A stretch of DNA of 64,000 bases from Candidatus Marinacidobacterales bacterium (GCA_965237955.1 OZ250169.1:6848001-6912000); one strand, 5' to 3'. Positions 9,121 to 20,549 are shown, numbered from the stretch's first letter. Notes: generated by a model from the sequence alone, not told the origin. A program made the numbers and translations.

Positions 9121-10341
9121 ATGCGCGTTACTACGTTAGTCAACAAGCTCATCGGATTGCAAGGCCTGTGGGTCCGAGGTTTCCACTTCCAGGCGGACAA
9201 AGCCAGAGTGGTGGTGGATGTAGTACCACGGAGGAGGAAGCCTCTGTGCGGGATTTGCGGACGAAAGGTCCGCAAGAACAAAGATCGCTACAATCGCTAC
9301 TGGCGGCACTTGGACCTGTTCGGAGTCCGGACCTATCTTCGCTACTCGATCCGACGAGTGGTATGTCGGCGGTGTGGAGTGGTCAGAGAAAAGGTGCCTT
9401 GGGCCGACAAGGGAAGCCGCTTTACCAAAAGCTTCGAACAAGAGGTAGCGTGGCTGGCACAGAGGACGGACGTCAGCGCCGTAGCGAACTATTTCCGAGT
9501 GACGTGGCGTTCGGTGCGACGGATCATCCAGCGAGTGGTTGCCGAGCAGCGGGATGAGCGGCGCGAGCTCGATGGATTGCGGGTGATTGGGATGGACGAG
9601 ATCAGCTACCGCAAACGCCACAAGTACTTAACAGTGGTAATAGACCATCTCAGCGGCCGGGTCGTCTGAGCGGGAAAGGAGCGCAAGGCCAAGACGCTGC
9701 TGCGGTTTTTCCGCAAGCTCGGACCACAAAGAGCCGCGGAGCTCGAAGCGGTCAGCATGGACATGTGGGAGCCGTACAGAACTGTCGTCGGCAAAAAGGC
9801 TCCTCAGGCACGGGTGATCTTTGACCGCTTCCACATCGTCAAGCATCTGAACGAGGCCGTGGATAAGACCCGGCGCGAGCTGGTGCGCGAGCTCAAAGGG
9901 ACTGCCCGGCGCAACCTCAAGAACACCAAGTTTCCCCTTCTCAAGGCCAAACACAACCGCAGCGCGAAAGACAAACGGGTGCTCCGCGAGCAGGTGCGAG
10001 CTAATCGTCGCCTCTACCGCGCCATGCTTCTGCGCGACGACTTCATGGACCTCTACACCTACAAAACCGAGACATGGGCCAAGAAGTTTCTCCGAGGATG
10101 GCTGCGGCGCGCTATGAGCTCGAGGATAGAGCCCGTCAAACGCGCGGCGAAGATGATCCGCAGCCACTTCGATGGCGTCATCGCGTGGGTCACGTGGAGA
10201 CTCAGCAACGGCCGACTCGAAGGAATGAACAACAAAATCAGGCTGCTGAGCCACCGCAGCTTTGGACTCCACTCTGCCGAAGCTCTCATCAGTCTCGTCT
10301 ACCTAAACTGTGGCGGTCTCACCCTCGAGAGGATCCACTGA
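9121..10341 (+). pseudogene. ISL3 transposase with in-frame TGA at 9667-9669
   Basis: Zn finger CGIC...CRRC, IGMDE, SMDMWEPY, DRFHIVK, SNGRLEGMNNKI; both halves share one frame (VV*AG, likely TGG>TGA). Confidence 0.92.
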
Positions 10342-10567
10342 AATGGCAGGAGAGGCCTATTTACACCAGATGAACTATTCCTGGCCACCCTCGAATACCA
10401 TCACGAGTTGCTACCGGTTCCACCACGGCAAAATCTCATCTGGACGAGATTTCTGTATGAAAACAAGAAGCTGACTTCCGCTACATCGCCTCGGAGATTC
10501 GGGAGCGCGAAGCTCCGTCCAGCGAGCTAATTTTGCCATAAAACCATATTGCTGGTATTATAGCTAC

Positions 10568-10843
10568 ATGAAGACGACGCTGGAGCTACCCGATGACTTG
10601 ATGCGGACGATCAAGATCCGCGCTGTCGAGGAAAACCGCAAGCTCAAGGACACGATCGCCGATCTGCTTAGGCGCGGGCTCTCCCAGGAGCCCGTCGAGC
10701 CGACATCGATGCGCAATCGGGTCAGGCTCCCACTGGTCCAGTGCGCTCACGAAGCCCATCCCGGTGAGGAGATGACCCCGGAGCGCGTGGCGGAGGTCCT
10801 ACTCAAGGAGGAGGCCGAGGTGGGACGTGGTCCTGTGCGATAG
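10568..10843 (+). CDS. vapB: VapB-like antitoxin
   Basis: MKTTLELPDDL...LKDTIADLLRRGL RHH; overlaps the PIN gene. Confidence 0.8.
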   Translation: MKTTLELPDDLMRTIKIRAVEENRKLKDTIADLLRRGLSQEPVEPTSMRNRVRLPLVQCAHEAHPGEEMTPERVAEVLLKEEAEVGRGPVR

Positions 10844-11279
10844 CAACGTCTGGCTGGCGCTGGCACTCTCCAAACACGTCCACCATAAAGCTGCGCGCGA
10901 ATGGTTGGAAGCCGTCGAGAAGCTCGTCTCCGTCTGTTTCTGTCGCGCAACACAGCGGACCTTTCTCCGGCTGCTCACCAATACCTCCGTCCTGGCCCCG
11001 TATGGGAACCCGCCCTTGACAAATCGCCAAGCGTGGAAAGTCTACGAAGCCCTTCTGGATGACGACCGGATCATTTTGCGGGCGGAAGAACCGGCTGGAC
11101 TCGAGAGTCGGTGGAAGCAATTCGCCCTGCGAGATACGGCTTCGCCCAAGATCTGGATGGACGCCTACCTAGCCGGCTTCGCGCTCGCAGGGGGATACCG
11201 CATGGTGACGACCAACACTGCTTTCAAGCAGTTCCCAGGGTTGGATCTCGAGCTTCTTGGGAAAGAAGAAACCGGATAG
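10827..11279 (+). CDS. vapC: VapC-family PIN ribonuclease toxin
   Basis: LCDSNVWLAL, HxHH, FLRLLTN, WMDAYLAGFA. Confidence 0.88.
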   Translation: MVLCDSNVWLALALSKHVHHKAAREWLEAVEKLVSVCFCRATQRTFLRLLTNTSVLAPYGNPPLTNRQAWKVYEALLDDDRIILRAEEPAGLESRWKQFALRDTASPKIWMDAYLAGFALAGGYRMVTTNTAFKQFPGLDLELLGKEETG

Positions 11280-11300
11280 ACTGGTCCCGACCGGCAACCG

Positions 11301-12047
11301 ATGGAAGACAAAGAAGTCGAGCTCCGGTTCTACGAGGAGCTCAACGATTTCCTGCCTCGCGAGCGGCGAAAGAAGAGCTTCCGTCATCGGTTTCGCGGAA
11401 CTCCCTCCGTCAAGGACCTCGTCGAGTGTCTGGGAGTGCCGCATACCGAGATCGACGTCATCCTCGTGGACGGGGAGTCGGTGGGATTCGAGCACCGGTT
11501 GACGGGGGGCGAGCGCGTCGCCGTCTATCCGATGTTCGAGAGGTTCGACGTGTCGAGCCTCACTCGGCTTCGGCCCGAGCCGCTTCGCGAGCCGAAGTTC
11601 ATCGCCGACGTGCATCTGGGAAAGCTTGCCCGCTATTTGAGGCTTCTCGGATTCGATACGGTCTACGAGCGCGAGCTGGACGATGCCGCCATCGCATCAC
11701 GCTCCCGCGACGAGCGAAGGATCGTGCTCACGCGGGATCGAGGGCTTCTCAAGCGGAGCGCGGTGACGCACGGCCACGCGGTCCGCTCGATGAATGCGGA
11801 CGTTCAGCTTCTCGAGGTCGTGGAAGCGTTCGACCTGCGGGCGCGCATCGCTCCCTTCTCGCGCTGCCTCAAGTGCAACGGACCGGTTCGAAGCGTCGAG
11901 CGCGAGCTCGTCGAGCACCACCTTCCGAAGTACACGCGCTTGGCGTACGACCGCTTCCTCCGCTGCGATCAGTGCGGGTCGATCTACTGGCCGGGAGCGC
12001 ATTTCGCGCGCTTGCGCTCGCTCGTCGACTCGGTCTCGGCGAAGTAG
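11301..12047 (+). CDS. Mut7-C ubiquitin-like + Mut7-C RNase domain protein
   Basis: RFYEELNDFL, SVKDLVECLGVPHTE, FIADVHLGKLARYLRLLGFDT, RCLKCNG...CDQCGSIYWPG. Confidence 0.92.
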   Translation: MEDKEVELRFYEELNDFLPRERRKKSFRHRFRGTPSVKDLVECLGVPHTEIDVILVDGESVGFEHRLTGGERVAVYPMFERFDVSSLTRLRPEPLREPKFIADVHLGKLARYLRLLGFDTVYERELDDAAIASRSRDERRIVLTRDRGLLKRSAVTHGHAVRSMNADVQLLEVVEAFDLRARIAPFSRCLKCNGPVRSVERELVEHHLPKYTRLAYDRFLRCDQCGSIYWPGAHFARLRSLVDSVSAK

Positions 12048-12075
12048 AAGTCGCCTGCTTTACTTTCCGCGGGAC

Positions 12076-12182
12076 GGGTGCTTCCGCCATCTACTGTTGT
12101 CGATGGCTTCCAAATCGGCTGTAATTAATTACATCAGAAAGAGTTAGCTGCGTGCTAGCAACACTTAATGACGGAAGCACCC
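12076..12182. mobile_element. MITE (107 bp) with 3-bp TSD GAC
   Basis: TIRs GGGTGCTTCCGCCATCTACTGTTG / GGGTGCTTCCGTCATTAAGTGTTG; GAC at 12073-75 and 12183-85; AT-rich core. Confidence 0.75.
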
Positions 12183-12223
12183 GACAAAGACGTTCACCGC
12201 AGTATCATATAAGATCGATCGCT

Positions 12224-13186
12224 ATGGTCCCTACCCTCGAAGCGGTCCGCGAAGCGCGCGAGCGCACCAAGAGCGTGGCACGCCACACGCCACTCGTCCC
12301 TCTTCACGAGCGCTTTGGTGCCACTGACGTCCACTTGAAGCTCGAGACGCTTCAACCCGTGGGCTCGTTCAAGCTACGCGGCATCTTCAACGCCGTCGCC
12401 ATGTTATCGGATGACGAGCGGGCTCAAGGCGTGAGCACGGTGAGCGCTGGGAACACCGCTCAAGCTCTCGCGTGGTCGGCGCGACACTTCGGCGTGACCG
12501 CGCGGAGCTTGATGCCGGAGATGGCCCCACAGGCCAAAGTCGATGCGGTGCGCGCCTACGGGGGAGAGCCGGTACTCGTGCCGGTCGCAGAAGTGTTCCG
12601 CTATCTCAAAGACAACGGTTGGGAGAGCGAGCCGTACGCATTCATCCACCCGTGGACGAACCCACACGTCATGACGGGGCACGGAAGCCTGGGCCTCGAG
12701 ATTCTCGAAGACCTGGAAGACGTCGACTCCGTCTACATCCCCGTCGGAGGCGGTGGTCTCATGGCCGGAGTGGGCAGTGCCATCAAGGCCGTGCGCCCGG
12801 AAGTGCGGGTAGTTGCGGTCGAGCCCGAAGGATGCCCGGCTTTTCACGAAAGCCTGAAAGCCGGCCGACCTGTCGAAGTGAGCTGTGAAACGATCTGCGA
12901 CGGCGTCGCGGTGCCCTATATGACCGAGGAGATGTTCCCACTCCTCCAGGAAATCGCCGACGGGACCCGCCTCGTCTCGGAGTCCGACGTGAAGGGTATG
13001 GTTCGCCGGCTCGCGCTGGACCAGAAAATCGTCGCCGAAGCTTCGGGGGCTCTGGCGGCGGTGGCCGCGCTCAAGGAAAGCCCCTCTAAGCGGGGCCGCT
13101 CCGTCGCGATCGTCACTGGGGGCAGCATCGACGCCGCCAAATTAGCCGCGATTCTGGCCGACGAAACGCTGCCAAACTTCGTTTGA
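12224..13186 (+). CDS. PLP-dependent threonine/serine dehydratase
   Basis: KLETLQPVGSFKLRG, SAGNTAQ, PVGGGGL, TGGS. Confidence 0.88.
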   Translation: MVPTLEAVREARERTKSVARHTPLVPLHERFGATDVHLKLETLQPVGSFKLRGIFNAVAMLSDDERAQGVSTVSAGNTAQALAWSARHFGVTARSLMPEMAPQAKVDAVRAYGGEPVLVPVAEVFRYLKDNGWESEPYAFIHPWTNPHVMTGHGSLGLEILEDLEDVDSVYIPVGGGGLMAGVGSAIKAVRPEVRVVAVEPEGCPAFHESLKAGRPVEVSCETICDGVAVPYMTEEMFPLLQEIADGTRLVSESDVKGMVRRLALDQKIVAEASGALAAVAALKESPSKRGRSVAIVTGGSIDAAKLAAILADETLPNFV

Positions 13187-13235
13187 ACCTTCGGGTCCTA
13201 CCTTCCGTCTGAGAAGTCAGAACTAGGAGGATTTC

Positions 13236-13970
13236 ATGAAGCTACCGACATTGCTTTCCATGGCGCTCGCCGCCGCCTTTACTACGCTGTCCACGGACGC
13301 TTCCGCCAAGGTCCGCGAGGATTTCGAGCGGGTCATCCCTTTTTCCGCGGGCGGCAGCTTCGAGATCCAAAACAGCAACGGGAGCATCCACGTCAAGACG
13401 TGGGACGAAGACACCGTCCGCATCGAGGCGGAAAAAGAAGCCAAGTCCCAGGACCATCTGGACGATATCGAGATCGTCATCGATGGGTCGAGCGACTCGG
13501 TGAGCGTCGAGACCGTGCACCACCGGCGCAGCAACCGCGGGAAGGTCAGCTACGTCATTTCGATACCGGCCGAGGCCGACGTGAGCGTCACCACCGCGAA
13601 CGGATCCGTCACCATCAAAGGCACCCACGGTCATGTCACCGCGCGCTCGACGAACGGAAGCCTCAAAGTGGAAGGCATCATCGGTGACATCGACGCCAGG
13701 ACCACCAACGGCAGCATCCGCGCGCGATACGAGCGTGCGACCGACGGTAGCCACACGTTCAAAACGACGAACGGCTCGGTGCGCGTTTATCTCCCCTCCG
13801 ACGCCGGCGGCGACTTCGAGGCCAACACCGTCAACGGCAGCATCAAAGTCCATTTCCCCACGAATCTAACGCGCACCAGCCGCCGGCACATGCGGGGTAG
13901 CTTTGGGAACGGTGGTGGCTCGTTCGAGATTGAAACTGTGAATGGATCGGTGAAGATATTGCCGAATTAG
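13236..13970 (+). CDS. Secreted DUF4097 beta-strand repeat protein
   Basis: Signal peptide, repeated T-x-NGS motifs. Confidence 0.85.
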   Translation: MKLPTLLSMALAAAFTTLSTDASAKVREDFERVIPFSAGGSFEIQNSNGSIHVKTWDEDTVRIEAEKEAKSQDHLDDIEIVIDGSSDSVSVETVHHRRSNRGKVSYVISIPAEADVSVTTANGSVTIKGTHGHVTARSTNGSLKVEGIIGDIDARTTNGSIRARYERATDGSHTFKTTNGSVRVYLPSDAGGDFEANTVNGSIKVHFPTNLTRTSRRHMRGSFGNGGGSFEIETVNGSVKILPN

Positions 13971-14021
13971 CTGGAGAAGTTGGCCACAGAGTTACAGCGC
14001 AGCGGAGCCGCAACCAAGAAT

Positions 14022-14088
14022 CCCCCCTCACCCGATGGCGCTAGCGCGTCATCTCCGTGAAACTCTCTCCCCCCGTTGGGGGGAGAGG
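14022..14088. repeat. REP-like element CCCTCACCC...CTCTCCC...GGGAGAGG
   Basis: Between convergent genes; related copy at 20435-20542. Confidence 0.7.
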
Positions 14089-14105
14089 TTAGTTCTCCAA
14101 AGAAG

Positions 14106-17100
14106 CTACGGGCTCGTGGCGGCGGTGTATTCGAAAATCTGCGACCTCCAGGCACCGCTCAGCAGGTAGCGGAGGCGGACGTAGATCGTGCTGCCGTCGG
14201 TCGGAAGTCCCGTCACCGTCCTCGACACCACGCCGCTCAGAAGCGACCCGCTGTAGTAGAGGTTACTCAACCCCGGTGACGTTTCCACGTCGAGAATCCA
14301 CCTTGTCACCGGAGCACCGTTCGACGTCCACTCGAAGGTGACATCGGCGCCCGGCAGAACCGTCCCCGGCGTCGGTACGACGAGCTCTGGCACGAGATCG
14401 GCGGCAGTGAACTGGTAGTCGGTGTACTGCCACGAACCGCTGAGCAAGTAACGAAGGCGCACGTGAATCGTCCGGCTATCCGTCGGCAGCCCGGTCACGC
14501 TGCGGCTCGTAACCGTTTTCGCGAGCGTACCGCTGTAATGGAGGTTGCTCGATCCGGGAGACGTCCCGACGTAGAGGATCCAATACATCACCGCGCTTCC
14601 GTTGGACGTCCACGAAAAATCAACGTCCGAGCCCGTGAATACCGACCCCGGTGTGGGAGTCAGCAACTCCGGCGTAATATCGGCCGCGGTGTATTGATAG
14701 TCGACCGACTGCCACCGTCCGTCCAGAAGGTATCGCAGCCGGACATGGATGGTGCGGCTGTCGGTGGGAAGTCCGGTCACACTCGCCGAGGTCACACCCG
14801 GCGCAAGGTAACCGCTGTAGTACAGGTTGCTCGATCCCGGGCTCGTCCCGACATAGAACAGCCACCACACCACAGGCGCGTCGTTGGCCGTCCACGAGAA
14901 CGTGACGTCCGGACCCGTCAGCACCGAGTCGGGCGTTGGAGCCAGAATCTCGGGCAAACCAATGCCGGAGACGTAGACGAAGTCTTTGAAGTCCGATGCG
15001 CCGCCGATGACGTACTCGAGCCGAACGTGTACATCGACGCCGTCCGTCGGAAGACCGGACACGGTGCGCGAAAGCGTCGTCGCTGCGAGAGGACCGCTAT
15101 CGTCGAAGTCGCTCGCGCCGACCGTACTACCGACGAGAAGCCTCCATCCGGTGACGGCGGCACCGTTCGATGCCCACACGAACGTGGTCTCGGGACCGGA
15201 CAACACGGAGCCCGGCACCGGACTCGTCATGTCGGGCTCTTGCAGGACCGCGGTGTACAGAAAATCGGCGTAAGCCGTCACGCCGCTGAGCTCGTACGAC
15301 AACCGGACAAAGAGCTGGCTTCCATCCGTCGGGAGCCCGCTCACTTCGTGGGAGCGTGCGGTCGCGGGGAGAGGACCGCTATCGTAGGCATCACTCGAGC
15401 CAACGCTCGCACCCACTTCGAGACGCCACGCGGTCGCCGCGTTGCCGTTGTCGTTCCAGCTGAAGGTCTCGGTCGTCCCCGTGAGCTGAGAGCCGGGCGT
15501 CGGCGACGTCATCACCGGCGGCGGCGCCACCGACGTGAAAACGTAGTCGAGCGTGGACCACGCCCCGCTCGACAAATGACGCAAGCGGACGTAGAGGGTC
15601 GAGCTGTCGCGTGGAAGGCCACTCACGTACACGGAGCTCACACCGGACGCAAGCGTCCCGCTGTAATAAAGGTTGCTGAGGCCGAGTTGCGTTCCGATCC
15701 CGAGCGTCCAGTTCGTAACCAGCGAGCCGTTCGACGTCCACGTGAACGTCACGTCTTCACTCGGAAGCACGCTTCCCGGCACGGGAGTCACGAGCGCGGG
15801 CACTAGATCGGCGGCGGTGTACTCGTAGTACAACGACGTCCACACACCACTGAGGAGGTAGCGCAGTCGCACGTGGATGGGGCGGCTGTCGGTCGGGATT
15901 CCCGTCGCCGTCGCCGCGAGTACGCTGCTCGCGAGGGAACCGCTATAGAAGTAGTTGGAGAGCCCCGGGCTCGAGCCGACCTCGAGGATCCACGTTATTA
16001 CTGGCGAGCCGTTCGACGTCCACGTGAACGTCGCGGACGAGCCGGGTAGCACTGAGCCCGGGGTGGGGGTCGAAAGCTCGGGGGCAAGGTCGGCCGCGGT
16101 ATAGACGTAGTCGATAGATTCCCACACGGCGTTGAACGCGTATCTCACGCGCACGTACAAGCCCCGACCGTCGGTCGGTAAACCATTGACATCCACCGAG
16201 GTAGCACCTTCCCCGAGAGACCCGCTGTTGAACAGGTCGGCCGCACCAAAGCTCGAGCCGGCGTAGAGCGTCCAGTCGTCGATGAGGCCTCCGTGCGAGT
16301 CCCAAGTAAAGGTGACGTTCGAGCCTGACAACGTCCCGCCGGGGATCGCCGTCAGGAGTTCGGGCACGATGTCGACCGCGGTGTAGGTGTAGTCCACGAA
16401 CTTCCACTCGCCGTCGAACAGATATTGAAGGCGCACGTAGATCGCGCGTCCGTCCGTCGGGATTCCGATCGCGTCGGCGGTCAAGACATCGCTCGCGAGC
16501 GTGCCGCTCGAGTAGTAGTTAGTGCTTCCGGGCGTGGAGCCGATGTCCAGAATCCAGTTGTCGACGGGCAAGCCCATCGCATCCCACAAGAACGTCACCG
16601 CCGTACCGGGAAGCGTCGTGCCCGGCACCGGTGATGTGACCTCGGGCGTGGCGAGATCCGCGGTATAGAGCGCGTCGCGAAAGCCCCACTCGGTGCCGAT
16701 GAGATAGTTGAGCCGCACGAACACCTGGCTTCCGTCTACGGGGAGCACGGTGACCGTATCCATCAGCGTGGCGCCTGCCAGCGCGTCGCTCGTATAGATG
16801 TCAGCGGCGCCTCGGCTGGTGCCGATGTCGAGGACCCATTCATCGACGGCCTCTCCGTCCGCGGTCCAGTCGAACGTCACCGTGCTTCCGCTCAGAACAC
16901 TCCCCGATGGCGGGCTTTCGATACGCGGACCGGCGAGGCACGACGCCTGGATCTGGAATCCGTTGACGGGGAACGTGCTCGACGGGCCGCCGCTTGCGGC
17001 GTCTTCGCCGAGGCCAAAGTTCGCAAAGGCTTCCCACAGGAAACATACGTCTTCGCCGCCGTAGTTATCGATCGCAGCTTGGATGATGCCGTCGCGCACG

Positions 17101-18960
17101 TCGGTGAACGTCGGCGAGCACGCGGTGTTCTTGAGACCTTCGTTCACGTAGAGCATCATGCGCTGGTTGCCGGCGCCGCCCATCGGATCGTAGAGGTTCG
17201 CGTCGAATCCATGAAGGCTCACGAGCATCCAATACGCTTCCCACGCGGCTTGACCCCAGACTTCTCCGACGCCGTGCGGAACCGCCATCCCGGCGATGCT
17301 CTCGTACGTGTGCGTGTTCACCGCGGGATCGGTGCTGTATGCCTGGGTGCGGATGCCGAAGGGTCCAGGAGGCGCGCCGAGAACGTAGGTGCCGATTCCG
17401 CGCGCGTCCGGTCCCGTGTCCCCTGGCCGTGCGGTGTAGACGAGCGACCACCAATCGCTCAGCCCTTCGCCGGGTTGTTGCGCGTTAGAAAGACAGCCGA
17501 CCGTCGACGGTCCACCTATTAGTCGCGTCGAGATGCCGTGCCCGTACTCGTGCACGACGATCCCGGCATCGAGATCGCCGTCTCTGAGCGGGAACGTGAA
17601 ATCCCAAAGGAACATCTGGATTTTGGGCGGCGCACCGTCGGGGGTGGTGGTGAAGTTCGCGTTGTCGATACCGCTTCCGTCCTGAGCCTCCGCGCGCACA
17701 CCGTCGCCACCGAGACCACCGAGTCCAAAGTTATCGAACTGGAAGTTGCCGGCGGCTTCGTCGAAGCCGTAGAGGTACTGAACGTCGTGAACGATATTGG
17801 TCCAATAAAAGAGGTTCGCCACCGCTGCCGATGTGTAGTTGGTCGGATCGGTCGTCAAGTCGAGAGGGAACGAGCACTCCAAGTCCGGACCACAGTCGGG
17901 CTCGGTCGCCGGGGGAGCGTCGTCCGCGTTGAGATCGTCGTACGCGTGGACGTTGTTGCCGCGCATGATCTGATAGGACTGGCTGCCATCGTTGTGCCAG
18001 CCCAAAGGAGAGGCGGTAGCGTTGTCCGGGTTGACGACGACGCTTCTGCCGTCGTCAGGGTCCGGTATCGCCGCGTGGCTCGGGCTCTCCACCGGGACCG
18101 GATAAACTTCGTAGAGTCCGGGCGAGACGCGATCGAAGCGAGTCATGACGCGGTTCCGGCTGCGCCGGCCGATCCCTTCCTCGGCATCGACGGTCACGTC
18201 ATAAACGTGTTGTCCGTCCGGCGTGTGGAGCTGGAATCGCCAAGCCAGCGTGACGTCGCGACCGACCGGCACCCAAACGAGCTCGGGCTCGATCGGCTCC
18301 GTCGAAAGATCGGCGGCGCGAAGAAGCTCTCCTTGCCGCAACGCTCTTCGGGCTCGTATGCCAAGGTGATTCGCGACGGCCATGCACGCATCCTCCGCTT
18401 GGATGCCGGCCACTTTGCTTTTCAGCTTCCCCTTCAACCCGGGCACAAAGCTGTTGTTGACGCTGAGAATGGAGCCATCGCTGCTGACGTTGACGTGAAG
18501 CTGGGCGTTGAAAACTTCCACGCCCTTGTGCTGCTGACAGAGGTAAACGTGGGTTGCTCCCGAAACTCCGGAGTACACGACGTCGCAGACTCGGATCTCG
18601 TCGACGTCGCCTTCCTCGAGCCCCAAAAGCGCCAGGTTGTCGTTGATGAAGCTCACGGCGATATCAAGCGGATCGCCCGCGTTCGGAAGGGTGAGCTTGC
18701 CTACCGGATTGAACAAACTATGGGTAACCCCTGACGATGAATCGACGGATTCGAGGAGCGATCCATCCAAGTCTTCGCGAAGCGCAGCGAGAGCTTCGAT
18801 CTGAACCTGGTTCGGGGCCGCGCGCAGATTCATGGAAGCGCGCCGGTCGTAGTCAGCCCTCTGCGCCCTTCGCTGTCCCTGGGCCAAAGAAAGTGGCTCC
18901 AAGGGCCAGGGAGGCGACCATCAAAGCCAGCGAGACACACTTCCGAAGCCACGTCGTCAT
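14106..18960 (-). CDS. M36 (fungalysin) metallopeptidase with FTP propeptide and 10 tandem Ig/FN3-like repeats; frameshift near 18904 just after the signal peptide
   Basis: NLFYWTN..HD, DNANF, HEYGHG, GEGLSD; ATG 18960 with SD AGGAG gives a signal peptide in a different frame from the body. Confidence 0.88.
14109..16928 (-). repeat. Ten tandem 282-bp (94-aa) coding repeats
   Basis: P-x4-P-x-PGSVL...VTFxW...W.L.VG...G....YSG.L....V.GLP.DG..(I/L)xVRL.Y...W....Y.YTA, exactly 10 x 94 aa. Confidence 0.92.
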
Positions 18961-19120
18961 GGTTCTGCTCCTACAGGGGGCGCGCGGTGAATGCGAGGCG
19001 GCGGGGGCTTGCGATCCGGATTCCGGGGTCGGATCGCCAATCGATGCCGGTCCAGGGTGCACGCCTCACCTCCGTTAAGAACGGCCTGACTACGAACGTC
19101 GAAACTCGAGGGGGTAGAAC

Positions 19121-19149
19121 AATGTAGCCGACGAGGCCGCTCGAGTCAA
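19121..19149 (-). promoter_or_regulatory. Putative sigma70 promoter for the M36 gene
   Basis: TTGACT-17bp-TACATT on minus strand. Confidence 0.5.
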
Positions 19150-19279
19150 CATGATCCTGATCGTGTCGTTTTCCACCCAGTCAGTTGGGGCGCGGCGCCT
19201 ACAGGCTCCCGGTGGGTCGCCACATACGAGATCGGCTTGCTATTCTGCTTGAAGATTCCCGCACCGGAACCACATCACC

Positions 19280-19618
19280 ATCAAGGAGTCGTCGACATGA
19301 GGTATTCGAAGGCGCCGTCTACGAATACGAGCCGACGGGAGAATATGACTATAGCGAGCCGGACGCGAACACCAAGGTCAACTACCTCAACTGCCCGATC
19401 GTGTCCACCACCTCCAGGGAATCCCAAGACTCGGTGTGGGGCTTCTCGGTTCTCGTCCGGACCACCCGGTACAAAACCATCGGCGCCATCCCAGCGGAGG
19501 ACATGGAGCTCGGCAAACTATTCAGGGTCTGGTGACGAACGAGGTCCAAAGCCTCGACAGCGACGAGCGCAGGCTTCTCCGTGTAGCTGCCGAGCTTCGT
19601 TCCGGGCGCGAGGGTCAC
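19280..19618. pseudogene. Gene scars: unidentified plus-strand fragment and minus-strand kinase start stub
   Basis: Minus: MTLAPGTKLGSY resembles a Ser/Thr kinase N-terminus; plus fragment RHEVFEGAVYEYEP... Confidence 0.35.
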
Positions 19619-19688
19619 ACATTTACCCCTTGGAATCGAGGCATTCTAACAGACGCGTCGACGCGCGGCAGCGAATCCGCGACTATCG

Positions 19689-20318
19689 TTACGGGTTCAG
19701 CGAGGCGACGTAGGCATCTGCGGCGGCGGCGAAGCTGTCGATCCGCGCCATGAGCCCCCGGGCCTCATCGTTGATTTTCGCTCGGTCCGTCTCCAGGCTT
19801 TCGACGGACGTCTGGTTCAAGTCGTGCCCGAGGTAGACGACCTGATCCTCTAGACCCTCCACGACCAGGCGGAAGCCGTTTTGCGCTTCTTCGCCGGCAC
19901 GGATGAGCTCGTTGTAGCGTCTCCTCGTTTCGTCGAGCCTCGCCGCGCTTCGGTCCCGAAGCTCTCCCTTCTTGATGCCCTTCAGGCTCTTGTTCCACTC
20001 TTTGAAGTACTTTCCCGCCGTTTTCTCGAGCTGTTTGAAGCGCTCGCGAAGTTTTTTGGAACGCTCTTCTTGCTTGTCCAGGCTCTTGACAAGATCCTTG
20101 TACGCGGAGCGGCGCCGCTTCTCTTCCCGCGAGAACATCTCGTGGTAGGCGCCGAGCGTCTTCTCCACGCGTTTTCGGCCTTCGCGCATTTCCTTCACGG
20201 TCTCATCGATACGCTCGATGAGCTCGTCGGTCCGTTTATGGCCGTCGTCCGCAGCGACCACGGCTACAACGCCCCAACAGAAGAGCCCCAACATCCACAC
20301 GAGTCTTTGCACACACAT
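19689..20318 (-). CDS. DUF2959-like secreted coiled-coil protein
   Basis: YFKEWNKSL..I....LRDRSAARL...LEDQVVYLGHDLN. Confidence 0.75.
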   Translation of the reverse strand: MCVQRLVWMLGLFCWGVVAVVAADDGHKRTDELIERIDETVKEMREGRKRVEKTLGAYHEMFSREEKRRRSAYKDLVKSLDKQEERSKKLRERFKQLEKTAGKYFKEWNKSLKGIKKGELRDRSAARLDETRRRYNELIRAGEEAQNGFRLVVEGLEDQVVYLGHDLNQTSVESLETDRAKINDEARGLMARIDSFAAAADAYVASLNP

Positions 20319-20434
20319 CGTCGACCCCTTCTCGAACAAGAGAAATGAAAACGGTGTGTGGATGCTGGAATGAAAGCGTTACTAATAAAGGTAGCACGAC
20401 GGGAGGGCATCCTCCATGGTGAACAGCGGTGCCG

Positions 20435-20542
20435 CCCCCCTCACCCGACGCGCTACGCGCGTCGCCCTCTCCCCCCCTCCGCCTCCGCCGAGGCTACGGC
20501 GGACCCGCGGAAGCTTCTAGCGAAGGCGGGTTGGGGGAGAGG
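20435..20542. repeat. REP-like element with a second palindrome nested inside
   Basis: CCCTCACCCGACGCGCTACGCGCGTCGCCCTCTCCC[CCGCCTCCGCCGAGGCTAC...CTAGCGAAGGCGG]GGGAGAGG. Confidence 0.7.
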
Positions 20543-20549
20543 TTTTCTT

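Larger units (their letters stand above)
8638..10356 (+). mobile_element. ISL3-family insertion sequence, 1719 bp
   Basis: 8-bp TSD CTATTTAC (8630-37 and 10357-64); 24-bp imperfect IRs GGTTCTCCTGTCGTTTCGGGGGAT / GCCTCTCCTGCCATTTCAGTGGAT. Confidence 0.93.

Noticed and set aside
9667-9669. TGA recoding (Sec/Trp) in the ISL3 transposase
   Set aside because: Many genes here use TGA as a normal stop; a TGG>TGA mutation is simpler
14109-16928. DGR-like template/variable repeat pair among the M36 repeats
   Set aside because: Repeats are in-frame domain duplications, differences are not adenine-specific, and no reverse transcriptase is present
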